DNA of 54,162 nt from Octopus bimaculoides (lineage: Eukaryota): NCBI RefSeq assembly GCF_001194135.2, contig NC_068989.1:44171140-44225301 (forward strand), written 5' to 3'. The position numbers and the translations under genes are program-made. Within the stretch, counting starts at the first letter, position 1. The number at the start of each line of letters is the position of its first letter. Shown piece after piece: positions 23,090 to 34,634 of this stretch. The notes below the pieces were generated by a model that saw only the letters and a list, made by a program, of their open reading frames with translations, did not search any database and had not been told where the DNA came from.

Positions 23090-23285
23090 CCAATCATTTG
23101 CCATGCTGGACTGCTGAAATCTACAAGCTTTTTTTCATTTTCTCTTGTTTCTTTCTGTTAAAGAGCATAGGCTCGAAATGTAAAAGACTTTTCCATTTTC
23201 CCGAACATCAAACTAATACACTTGCTTGTTGTTCATACACCTGTCTTCGTCTTCTGTTTTTCTATAACTTTCAACTATATATATA
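23090..23285 (+). mobile_element. Non-coding repeat with a hammerhead-like motif (Penelope pLTR-like); second copy at 41907-42181(-)
   Basis: Both copies share ttctgtNNaagagcataggctcNaaaNgt.aaagacttt...cacctgtcttcgtctt..gttttt followed by (TA)n. Confidence 0.55.
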
Positions 23286-23325
23286 CATGTATATGTGTGT
23301 GTGTGTATATACATATATACAGAGA

Positions 23326-23719
23326 GAGACATCACTAGAGAGGCAGAAGGTACTAAGTGGTACTGGCATTGCTAGAAATAAGAGTCAAGCTGACTAACAA
23401 GCCACAAGAGAAGTATCTTAATGACTGACAAGGGAGATAAGCTCCCTTCGCAGACATAGCCACATCACCAGTGATTTCTAATTATAAGCTGACAAGGTGA
23501 GTTGAATTTAGCCCTAGGCACAGTAAGAGCCATCAATGAGAATTAAGATGCTCTGCATCAAAATTTAAAATCACTGGTGATATGGCTATGGCTGCAAAGG
23601 GAGCTTATCTCCCTTGTCAGTCATTAAGAGAGTGCTCTTGTGGTTAGTGAATTAGTTTGACTCTTATTTCTAGCAATACCAGTACCACTTAGTACCTTCT
23701 GTCACTTAAGTGATGTCTA
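23326..23719. mobile_element. Foldback MITE, arms of about 155 bp, spacer about 80 bp
   Basis: agacatcact...cagaaggtactaagtggtactgg..ttgctagaaataagagtcaa...ttaatgactgacaagggagataagctccctt...atcaccagtgattt is mirrored to agtgatgtct at 23718. Confidence 0.9.
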
Positions 23720-24004
23720 TAAATTTTCCTTTAGATTGCTAATTGCTAATAAGCTACTCATATTATTAATATATGAATATAAATGTTTGTTTTTATATTA
23801 TAATAAAAACAATTTTACATTAATCTGATGGGTTACTTTATACTTTTGCAGAGTACAAATTTATTATTCTTGAAGAAGAATGTTGCTGACTGTAACTTTG
23901 AAGTTTTGGCCAGCTAAAGCCAAGCCATCTGGAAACCCTTGAATGATGATACAAGTATCAGCAGACCAAGAAAAGTATATATCAATCAACTGTACCAGTG
24001 GAGC

Positions 24005-24391
24005 ACTAAGAGCGTGATTGTTGCCAGAGCAGCTGTCTGGCTTCCGTGCCAGTGGCATGTGAAAAGACATTTGAGCGAGATTGTTGCCAGTACCTCCTGA
24101 CTGGCCTTCGTGCCGGTGGCACGTAAAATACACCAACATCGCCTTCCTGGCACTTGTGCCAGTAGCACGTGAAAAGACATTCGAGCGAGATCGTTGCCAG
24201 TACCTCCTGACTGGCCTTCGTGCCGGTGGCACATAAAAGCACCCACTATACTCTCAGAGTGGTTGGCGTTAGGAAGGGCATCCAGCTGTAGAAACTCTGC
24301 CAAATCAGATTGGAGCCTGGTGTAGCCATCTGGTTCACCAGTCCTCAGTCAATCATCCAACCCATGCTAGCATGGAAAGCGGACATTAAAC

Positions 24392-24432
<41 letters not shown>
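24005..24432 (+). mobile_element. RTE-family 3' tail fragment with an internal 110-bp duplication and long (GAT)n
   Basis: Near-identical blocks start at 24046 and 24156; the family 3' end follows. Confidence 0.88.
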
Positions 24433-24433
<1 letters not shown>

Positions 24434-25287
24434 ATAGAAGACACCAGATATCAGGTTGAAGATTTGAGGACTGCTATGGAAGATCAAGACATCTGATGTG
24501 GAAAGTTTAGTTTGAGATACTTGCCCAACCAGATAGATATATAAAAAAAAGGGAGGTTAAAAATTTATCCTACAAATTGCTGCAAGGTTGCTAAAACTTT
24601 CTCTTCCAGGGTGTCCCTTCAACATGTCTGACAGTGTTAGTGTACCCCGTGTGAAGAATACAGTGTAAAATGATCGGGTACCATAAAACAGATGTGTATC
24701 ATTTGTTATTAATTTAAAGGGTTCAAATTCAGCTGTGGTCAACTTTGGTTTTCATCCTAACAGGGTCGATAAAATAAAGTCCCAGTCAAGTACTGTTCTC
24801 AGTTCCAAAGCTTCTGGCTTTGGGCCTACCTGTCTAAGAAATCTATTTGCATGACTCATAACCAATCTACAACATTTTAAACCAACAGACAACAGTACAT
24901 TGTTGTTACCAATGTTTCACTGATACATTATGAATGTTGAGGAAGTGAGGGAGGAAGAGAAAGAGGAGGTGAGAAGTGAGGTAAGAGGAGAGAGGATGGG
25001 AAGAGGTGAGCGGATGGGATGGGAAGGAGAGGAAGATGGTGGAGGGGAAGACGGAGATGGGAGAAAACAAGATGGTAGGTGATGGGGAGGAGAAGATGGG
25101 AGAGGAGATGAGGACAAGGAGGAGATGGGGAGAAGGAAATGGGAAAGAGGAGTGAGACATGAGGCAGATGAGGATGAGATGAGGGTGATGAAGCAGATGA
25201 AGAAGGAGAGGAGATGGGGAGGAGGAATGCTGGTGAAAAACATGAGTTTTATGAGAAGGCAAAGTTTAAAATAAAGTGCTGACTTAC

Positions 25288-25392
25288 TGAGTTATATTTG
25301 CCAGAGGTATGAAGATGTCAGGACTTTCCAGTTTGTTGTAATCCAATTTTAATACTTCTAGACGGGGAAATCGGACATATCGAACCTTTGTA
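25288..25392 (-). CDS. XRRA1: XRRA1-like exon 6 (TKVRYVRFPRLEVLKLDYNKLESPDIFIPLANIT)
   Basis: Acceptor tttcttatctttctcag, donor GTAAGT; 105 nt, phase 2-2; one LRR; absent from the ORF track. Confidence 0.9.
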
Positions 25393-25949
25393 CTGAGAAA
25401 GATAAGAAACATTTTGTAGGATTTTCACTTAACACACACTCACACACACACCGCTCATTTATGATTTATTTAAGGGCCATTCTTGCATAACATATGTGAC
25501 AATCAGACACACACACACACACAAATTATGAATTATCTAAGCTGTAAATCTTGAACGTTAACAAGAATTGTACAGATTCATCTTACATAGTAAATAAAGT
25601 TTCTCTACCCTGGCAAGGACACTGCTAATGTGACAAAGACATTTGTTTACAACTATCACATGATGTCAAGATGGGGAATCACTAACACATACATACACAT
25701 GCACACACACACACACACATAATGTTTTCAAATTTTGGCACAAGGCCAGCAATTTTAGGGGAGGGTAAGTCGACTACATCAACTCCAGTGTTCAACTGAT
25801 ACTTATTTTATCGACTCTGAATGGATGAAAGGCAAAGATGACCTTGGCAGAATTTGAACTCAGAACGTAAAGATGGACAAAATGTTACTAAGCATTTTGC
25901 CTGGCATGCTAACAATTCTGTTAGCTCAACACCTTATATAGAAACATAA

Positions 25950-27075
25950 TGAGAGGAATAATAGCCTCTGCTGCACCTTCAATAGACATATTACATCCCA
26001 CCTAGAAGGATATGCCTTTGCTATCCAGGAACATGAGATAGCTACTAAATACTTGATAAACAAGAGGGACAAATATACCACCAAACCTCCATGCTGTGAA
26101 TAAATATGTCAGCTCCGCTATTCCAGTACACAAGCTATCACCTTCATCAGCAGCAGCTACTTCAAAATGTCTACAAGATACTACCTGCCCCTGAGGTATG
26201 ATACAGTTGCAAAGACTATTTTACAATGCTATCCATAGGAAAGACTACCCTGATATGTAAAGGCATGTCAGAACTAGCAGGTATTCACACCAGACATACA
26301 CACACACACGTGCATGCATGCATGCATGCATACATACATACATACATACATACATACGTACATTGTTGTTGGCACTCTGTCGCTTACGACGTCGAGGGTT
26401 CCAGTTGATCCGATCAATGGAACAGCCTGCTCGTGAAATTAACGTGCAAGTGGCTGAGCACTCCACAGACATGTGTACCCTTAACGTAGTTCTCAGGGAT
26501 ATTCAGCGTGACAGAGTGTGACAAGGCTGACCCTTTGAATTACAGGCACAACAGAAACAGGAAGTAAGAGTGAGAGAAAGTTATGGTGAAAGAGTACAAC
26601 AGGGTTCGCCACCATCCCCTGCTGGAGCCTCGTGGAGCTTTAGGTGTTTTCGTTCAATAAACACTCACAACGCCCGGTCTGGGATTCGAAACCGCGATCC
26701 TATGACTGCGAGTCCGCTGCCCTAACCACTGGGCCATTGCATCTCCACATACATACATACATATGGGACAACGAACAAAGTCATGCACTGTTGTAGAGGT
26801 TAGCTGCCCAGCAGACGTGAATGTGCAATTTAAAGTCCAAGAAAAAGAGAACAGTTATGGCAAATTAAAGCAGAACTTACAGCTCATGTACCTTGACTAT
26901 GAATTCTCATTTGTACCCATCATCATAGATGCAGTAGGTTATGTGTAGTAGGCTATGTGCCACTTGGTTTCACAGATAAAGAGCAAAGGAAACTGATGTG
27001 GATTCTCCAAATCCAATCTGTTAGTGGCACAGTGAAGATTTGTAAGACATTCCAAAATTGCTCCATGTGAGATTG
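25950..27075 (+). mobile_element. R4/Dong-like RLE retrotransposon 3' fragment, interrupted by microsatellite and SINE D
   Basis: ITSHLEGYAFAIQEHEIATKYL, decayed zinc knuckle, RYYLPLRYDTVAK (25995-26230); then CTVVEVSCPADVNV..KVQEKENSYG..FVPIII (26770-26945). Confidence 0.7.
26363..26746 (-). mobile_element. SINE family D, full-length, inverted relative to 19461-19849
   Basis: Reverse complement aligns end to end with the 19.5-kb copy with scattered substitutions. Confidence 0.9.
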
Positions 27076-27559
27076 TTATATGAAAAAATGCAGATATTTT
27101 GGTGTATGCAGCAACAGTTCAACCAACACACTAACTCAAACACATATTTACAAATACTAGGAACTCTCTTTACTCAAAACATATGTTGCTTTGTTAGTGA
27201 CTAGCTTGAACTCTCTGAAGCAGAACTTCAATTAAACTCAAAGAAATGCCATACACACATATAATGACATGCTTCTTTCAGTTCCATCCACTGAAATCCA
27301 CTCACAAGACTTTGGTCAACTTGGGGATATAGTAAATGACACTTGCCCAAAGTGCCACACACTGGAACTGACCCCAAAGCCACATGGCTGGAAGCATACT
27401 TCTCAACTACACAGCCTCACCTGAACCTGTGTCTGTATTTAAAAAGAAATGTATTAATGTTTCTTCCAGTTACTGGCTATTGATTCTAATATGATAGTGT
27501 TGAGTGCATAAGAAACAAATTTCAAGTGATAAAGGCTGAATGGCGCCAGAAATGCTAAC

Positions 27560-27705
27560 CTGTCTGACAATGAGAAACATTGCGTGGAATCTACTGGCAG
27601 GAATGATATGTTGTTGTTTCCTAAATTTAGGTACTGTAGATTTGGCATCAATCCTAAACATTGGAAACAGTCTCCTGTTAGGTTATTGTAAGAAAGATCA
27701 AGATA
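27560..27705 (-). CDS. XRRA1: XRRA1-like exon 5 (YLDLSYNNLTGDCFQCLGLMPNLQYLNLGNNNISFLP...)
   Basis: Acceptor T-run+cag, donor GTTAGC; 146 nt, phase 0 to 2; two LRR motifs. Confidence 0.92.
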
Positions 27706-27723
27706 CTGAAAAAAAAAAATAAC

Positions 27724-27761
<38 letters not shown>

Positions 27762-28041
27762 GGGTTTTGAAATTTGGCACAAGGCCAGAAATTTTGAGGG
27801 AGGAGTAAGTTGATTACATTGATCCCAGTGTTTAAATGGTACTTAATTTATCAACCCCGAAATGATGAAAGGCAAAGTCAACCTTGGCAGAATTTGAACT
27901 CAAAACTTAAAAGTAGATGAAATGCTGCTTAGCATTTTGCCCAGCATACTAACAATTCTGCCAGCTCACCATCTAATAATAATAATACTAATAATAATAA
28001 TACTAATAATAATAATGATAATAATAATAATGAAAAATTAG

Positions 28042-28930
28042 CTAGCAGATGGGAACAGAAACCTCTGCATGGCAAGTATATGGCTCATAGCAAACAAGCT
28101 GGTGTCGACCAGAAACACACGCAACAATGGTTACGAAGCTCAGGGCTAAAAGCAGAGAGTGAAGGTTTCATATTGGCTGCTCAAGACCAAAGCTTATTAA
28201 CCCGGAACTACCAAGCCAATGTGATAAAAAATGGAGCTGACCCAAAATGCCGGTNNNNNNNNNNCAGAGAGTGAAGGTTTCATATTGGCTGCTCAAGACC
28301 AAAGCTTATTAACCCGGAACTACCAAGCCAATGTGATAAAAAATGGAGCTGACCCAAAATGCCGGTTTTGTAATGATGGGATTGAAACTATAGACCACCT
28401 CATCTCAGGGTGTAGAGTTTTAGCACCTGTAGAATATAAAGCAAGACATGACAGAGTTGGCCAGTATTTACACTGGACAATATGTCGGCATTATAAAATC
28501 AAAACCGCTGACAAATGGTATAAACACCATCCTGAAGTTGTGACTGAGGGAGAAAATGTNNNNNNNNNNNNNNNNNNNNNNNNNNNNNNNNNNNNNNNNN
28601 NNNNNNNNNNNNNNNNNNNNNNNNNNNNNNNNNNNNNNNNNNNNNNNNNNNNNNNNNNNNNNNNNNNNNNNNNNNNNNNNNNNNNNNNNNNNNNNNNNNN
28701 NNNNNNNNNNNNNNNNNNNNNNNNNNNNNNNNNNNNNNNNNNNNNNNNNNNNNNNNNNNNNNNNNNNNNNNNNNNNNNNNNNNNNNNNNNNNNNNNNNNN
28801 NNTTTAAATACACATTTTACCTGTGAATTTGTGTGTGTAAACTGGGAATGCATACAACGAGTTTCTCTGCCCTAGGTGTACGGAAAACACTCGGCGAGAA
28901 ATGGAAGAAAATTTGAAGAAAGAAAAAAAA
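28042..28930 (+). mobile_element. R4/Dong-like retrotransposon 3' portion (partly in a gap) between (AAT)n tracts
   Basis: WEQKPLHGKY, LKAESEGFILAAQDQSL, CRFC..ETIDHLISGC CCHC knuckle, RHDRVGQYLHW; (AAT)n at about 27975-28032 and 28947-29010. Confidence 0.85.
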
Positions 28931-28950
28931 ACAACAACAACAACATAATG

Positions 28951-29006
<56 letters not shown>

Positions 29007-29019
29007 TAAATAAAAAATT

Positions 29020-29725
29020 ATTTCAAATTTTGGCACAAGGCCAACAATTTCAGGGGGAGGTGATAAGCCAGTTTCATCAACCCCAGTACTCAACTGGTAG
29101 TTATTTTATCAACCCTGAAAGGATGGCAGGTAAAGTCAACCTTGGCAAAATTTGAACTCAGAACATAGAGATGGACAAAATGTTGTTAAGCATTTTGCCT
29201 GGTGTGCTAATAATTTTGACATCTCACAACCTTAAACACTTTGTGCCGCATACCAACAACTCTGCCAGTTTACTGTGTAATAATAATAATAATACTTTCT
29301 ACTATAGGCACAAGACCTGAAATTTTGGGGGAGGGGACTAGTCAGTTACATCAACCCTGTTTCACTGGTACTTAATTTATCGACCCTAAAAGGATGGAAG
29401 GCAAAGTTGACCAAGGCAGAATTGAACTCAGAACATAGCAGCATACAAAATACTGCTAAGCATTTTGTCCAGTATGCTAACGATTTTGCCAGCTCACTAC
29501 CTTAATAATAATAGTCCTTTCTACTATAGGCACAAGGCCTGAAATTTGGGGGAGGGGTAAGTCGATTACATCGACCCCAGTACTCAACTGGTACTTAATT
29601 TATTGATCCTTAAAGGATGAAAGGCAAAGTCGACCTCGGCGGAGTTTGAACTCTGAACGTAGTGACAGGTGAAATACTACTAAGCATTTCACCCAGCATG
29701 CTAACGTTTCTGCCAACTTACCACC

Positions 29726-29799
<74 letters not shown>

Positions 29800-30650
29800 A
29801 ATAATGATGATGATGATGATGATAATGATAATAATAATACCAGGAACTTTTTAATAATTAGCAACATCTAGAGTTTTCTAGCAATTAGCAATGACTTTAG
29901 TTTTCTTGTAGTTATCAATGTCTGAATTTTAACTTCAGTTTCTGGTTGCAGCCAGTCGTGTTCTTATAATAATGATAATAAATAAAAATAATCCTTTCTA
30001 CTATAGGAACAAGGCCTAGAATTTGAGGGGAGAGAGATAGTCGTCATAGCGACCCCAGTACTTGACTGGTACTTAATTAATCAACCCTGAAAGAATGAAA
30101 GGCACAGTTGACCTTGGCGGAATTTGAACACGAACTGTAAAGATGAACAAAATGCTGCTCAGCATCTTGTCTGATGCTGTAACAATTCTGCAAGCTTGCC
30201 ACCTTTATATTAATAATGATGATGATGATCTTCAGTTCTAATACCTTGTAGTAATATAATTCTCTTCAGTTAGGTTTTTAATAGGAATAATAGTCAGCAG
30301 AAGTTCTAATCCTGCTAAAGCTGATTTAGCTTTTCCTCTTTTCTGATGAAATAAAGTACCAGTGAAGTGCTAGGGTTAGTATTATTTCTGATTTTAAGCC
30401 CATATTAGAAATTGTCATTATTATTATTGGCAAAAAGGCGGCGAGCTGGCAGATTTGCTAGCACGCCGGGTGAAATGCTTAGCGGTATTTTGTCTGTCTT
30501 TATGTTCTGAGTTCAAATTCCGCCGAAATCAACTTTGCCTTTCATCCTTTTGAGGTCAATAAATTAAGTACTAATTACATACTGGGGTGAATCTAATCAA
30601 CTGACCCCCACCCACCAAATTTGTGCCTATAATAGAAAGGATTATTATTA
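29020..30650. mobile_element. Cluster of five family-A SINE copies linked by (AAT)n
   Basis: Copies at about 29020-29235(-), 29292-29505(-), 29513-29727(-), 29992-30205(-), 30433-30645(+). Confidence 0.85.
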
Positions 30651-30867
30651 TTGGAGAAATTGTGAGACAGTCAGAAAAGATACCTTATGGCATTTGTTCT
30701 GGCTCTTTACAATCTGAGTTCAAATCCCAGAGTGGTCAACTTTGCCTTTTATTCCTTTCAGGAATAGATATAATTGATTAAGTTCTCTGCACCAAATTTC
30801 TAGCTTTGTGCCTATGTTAGAAATTGTTATTGTTGCTATTATTATTATTTGATTCAACTCATTACTG

Positions 30868-31174
30868 TACTTGAGAAGACCCAGCCACCACAACAGAATT
30901 GAGATCCTAAAATCAAGGTGCCACGTAAAAAATACCAGTGCTGGTGCCACGTAAAAAGTACCAGTTCTGGTGCCACTTAGAAAGCACCTATGATGATACC
31001 GCATAAAAAGCACCCAGTACACTCTGTGGAGTGGTTGGCATTAAGAAGGGCATCTACCCATAGAAACCAAGCCAAAACAGACCATGGAACTTGGTGCAGC
31101 CCCTGGCCTTACCAGTTCCTGTCAAACCCTATGCCAGCATGGAAAATGGACAGTAAATGATGATGATGACGATG
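30868..31174 (+). mobile_element. RTE-family 3' tail fragment with about 4 GGTGCCACGTAAAAA modules
   Basis: Modules about 26 bp apart from about 30917, then the family 3' end and (GAT)n. Confidence 0.8.
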
Positions 31175-31229
31175 ACTCAGGTTTGGTCTTATTCCTGATA
31201 GAATTTATGTGGATAATGGGTTAATACTT

Positions 31230-32285
31230 GTAACATTAGATATCCACAAGCTTTCAATAATCTTTCAAGTGCTCAGTCTTTGATTATGGTGGAGCCACCA
31301 GCAGAGAGTAGGGGTGCCAATCCTCTACTTGAAGGCCTGTTGATGGCTTTGATGGTATTAAACAACTGCTTGGGGTTGTTTATGTCGGCGTAGAACTTCA
31401 CTTCATCAGCTTTATTATCTTGCATGGTGTAGACTTCACACTGAACGCTGGCCTTGCATTCCTTGAGCCTGTCATGTCATGAGACACAGTTGGGATGGTT
31501 CTGCCAGTTGATGTAGGCAGCTCTCATCTCATTCATCAGGGCTTGGATGGCTTCATTGTTTCCGTCAAACCAGTCTTGATGATGCCTCCTCTTAGAGCCA
31601 AGGACTGCTTTGGCTGTCTCAATGACTGCTTCTTTGAATTGGTTCCAGTTTTCCTTTGGTCCTCCAGTAAGTAGACCTGCTGCATTAAGTCTTTCATCAA
31701 GGCTTTTTCTGGAAGTCCCATTGGTATTGAGTAGACTGGAGTCTTGTTGTGCTGAAGGTCTGCTTGATGAGCTTTGGGCACTTGTAGTGGTGGGGGACTA
31801 TGTGAATGTTGAGCTTGGCTCAAACAAGGTGGTGGTCTGTCGAGAAATCTGCAGTGCATAGTGCCCTTGTGGTGAGGACGTCACTGCTGTCTCACTGACA
31901 GGTGATGATGTAGTCTATGAGATGCCATTATTTGGATTGGGGGCACATCAATGTGTTCTTGTATTTATCAGCCTGTGTTTGTGATGAGCAGTTCATGTTC
32001 TGCACATTTGCTCAACAGGAGAAGTTCATTGTTGTTCATCTTGGCTACACTGTGCTTCCTGATCACTCCCCTCCACTTATAGTTGTCAGTCAACTCTGGC
32101 ATTGAAATCACACAGCAGGATGAGCTTGTCAGTGGCAGGTGTGGTGCATAGACGAGTGTCCAGGTTGATGTAGAACTGCTCTTTGATTTTCTCCATGGAT
32201 GTCATGGTGAAGCTGTAGGTACTGATGATAGTGATGAACTGCCTGTTGCTGATGAGGTGGTGGATCTTCATTAGCCTTTCCTTGA
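31230..32285 (-). mobile_element. RTE (BovB-like) ORF2 fragment: endonuclease C-terminal half and linker
   Basis: DKLILLCDFNARV, WHLIDYII, DFSTDHHLV, WNQFKEAV, RHHQDWFDGNN across frameshifts. Confidence 0.8.
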
Positions 32286-32401
32286 TGCCTATCAGGAGAT
32301 TTGCATATTATTATATAATAAATAAATGTCAGGTTCAGTTCTACTGCAAGACACTTTGGGCAAATGTCTTCTTCTATAGCCCTGAGCCAACCAAGTCATT
32401 A

Positions 32402-32572
32402 TTGTCATCATCATCCTCATCATCATCATTTAACGTCTGCTTTCCATGCTGATATGAGTTAGACAGTTTTGACTGGAAATGGTAAGCCATAGAGCTGCAC
32501 TAAGTTCCAGTCTGATTTGGCATGGTTTCTACGGCTGGATACCCTTCCTAATGGCAACCACTTCAAGAGTGG
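32402..32572 (-). mobile_element. RTE-family 3' tail fragment
   Basis: (tca)n tttaacgtctgctttccatgctg...gatttggcatggtttctacggctggatacccttcctaa. Confidence 0.8.
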
Positions 32573-33483
32573 AATTCATGAATAAATGAATTTAATCAAT
32601 GAACCTAATAGACAGAAACAGATAAAGGCGGCGAGCTGGCAGAAATGTTAGCACACTAGGCAAAATGCTTAGTGGTATTTCGTCTGCTGCTATGTTCTGA
32701 GTTCAAATTCTGCCGAGGTTCACTTTGCCTTTCATCCTTTCAGAGTCAATTAAATAAGTACCAGTTATGCACTGGGGTAGATATAATCAACTTCATCCAT
32801 TTGTCTGTCCTTGTTTGTCCCCTCTGTGTGTAGCCCCTTGTGGGCAATAAAGAAATAAGAAACAGAATAAGGCTTACTGTGACTCTAGAGAGAGAGAGAG
32901 AATGTGCGTGTGTGTGTGTGTGCGTTTGTTTGTTTTTACTTTTGCCTTGCTTCAAACATTGCTGATCGACATGGTGGCATTGTTAATTTCCTTGCTAATA
33001 AATCATTTGCTGGTTTTACACCTTCTGAGGCATGTGGAATAAGAAATCTCTTGCTTGGAAAACAGACAAAAGGTTAGCCACAAGAAAGGTATCCAGCTGT
33101 AAAAACAATGCCTTTGTAATATATTGATTTAACCCAAGTTAATGAAAAAAGCAAAATAGATATAAAAATGAACAGATATACTGTTTTTTTCATTTACTTT
33201 CCTCACTTGGATGAGTGGGACGTGAGAATATATGGGGAAAGATGGGTTCATAAATAAATATGCTTCTTTCTTTTAACAACTCGACCATAAAGCAGGAGTG
33301 GAAACTGGGGCAAGCAGAATGCTGTACCTTGCTTTGGAGGCAAACATGCAATAGCATTAGAGAAAGCACTTAACATTTTAAGGCCAACTGTAGTTAAGAG
33401 TGCTGACACATTGCAAATAAAAGTAATAGGTCTGAATTGAAATTCAGCTTATCTCAGAGATACATATCTCTGGAACCTGCAGA

Positions 33484-33825
33484 TATATCATCATCATTAT
33501 CATTCAACATCTGTTGTCCATGCTGGCATGGGTGGGATGGTGTGACCAGAGATGGCAAACTAGTGGGATGCAGCAGACTGCAGTCTGATTTGGCATGGTT
33601 TCTATGGGTGGGTGCCCTTCCTAATGCCAACCACTTTACAGATAGTGCTGGGTGCATTTACATGGAATCACACAGATGCTTTTATGTGGCACCACATGGG
33701 CACTTTTATGTGGCACTGTACGGGTGCTTTCATGTGGCACCGCATGGGTGTTCTGATATGGCACTGCCTGGGTACTTTTACGTGACACCATATGAGCACT
33801 TTTATGTGGCACTGCCATGATTGCT
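33484..33825 (-). mobile_element. RTE-family 3' tail fragment with about 7 tandem 24-bp modules; a shorter tail lies at about 33950-34125(-)
   Basis: Repeated gggtgcttttacgtggcacc-like unit at about 33645-33820. Confidence 0.8.
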
Positions 33826-34536
33826 TTACACCACCAGAAGGATCGGTCTTGATATCTCTGCTGCAGAGTACAAGTCTTGGAATGCATTAAGATATTTGGA
33901 GATTGTCATCATTATCACCATTTTCTTCATAATCATTATAATCATTATAATCATTATCGTTTTTACATTGCTTTCCATACTGGCATGGACTGGATAGACT
34001 ACTACTACCCTCCTAGATGAGTTCAAGAACATCTCACTTGTAAGTTTCAATTTTTGGCTTGGTTTTGTTTTTATGACTGAATGCCCCTTCCTAACATCAA
34101 CCTCTTTACAGAGTGTATTGGATGTTATTTTATCATGATGCTAGTATTAAAGGAAATTGCCATGTCCTTGAAAGACTAAAAGGTCCCCTCAACTTATGCC
34201 TCAAGTTTACTTATCAACCACTTCACATAGTGTCCTAGGTGAAAATATATAGTGATGGTAACACAAGTAGAGTTCCAGTGTATCCCCATAAGATTCTGGA
34301 ATCCTTACCATTCCAACCAATATAATATTACAAACAAATACACATAAAATGGGATTTGCAGTCCAAAAAGACAATAGTACTCATAGCAATATCTCCTCTC
34401 TTGAATACAAGCTGCAGTAAAATTTGAACTATGCAATTATGCCCTGAGTGGTCCAGCACCTTTACCTCACAGCCACTGTGAAGTTAAGCGCTGAGCTTAT
34501 TTTTCAAATGTTATTTATCAAATTGTCTTTACTGAC

Positions 34537-34634
34537 CTGAAGATGTGGAAATTCACCAAAGCTCACACTTAAATTCGTTAGTTTGTTTAATGGTAGTTTA
34601 AGTTGTACCAGGCGACTGAATGATGCAAATGTCT
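34537..34634 (-). CDS. XRRA1: XRRA1-like exon 4 (ETFASFSRLVQLKLPLNKLTNLSVSFGEFPHLQ)
   Basis: Acceptor ccatctcttttag, donor GTCAGT; 98 nt, phase 1 to 0; LxxLxLxxNxL motif. Confidence 0.9.

Noticed and set aside
23990-24250. Repeat-spacer look of the RTE tail modules, and of the 21-bp exon repeats, as a CRISPR array
   Set aside because: No unique spacers, eukaryotic context, and both are explained as a LINE UTR or coding minisatellite.
24906-25262. Pro/Ser/Leu-rich ORFs here and at 4868-5305
   Set aside because: Translations of GA-rich low-complexity tracts.
28151-28364. About 100-bp duplication in the Dong-like ORF around a 10-N gap
   Set aside because: Contig-overlap artefact.
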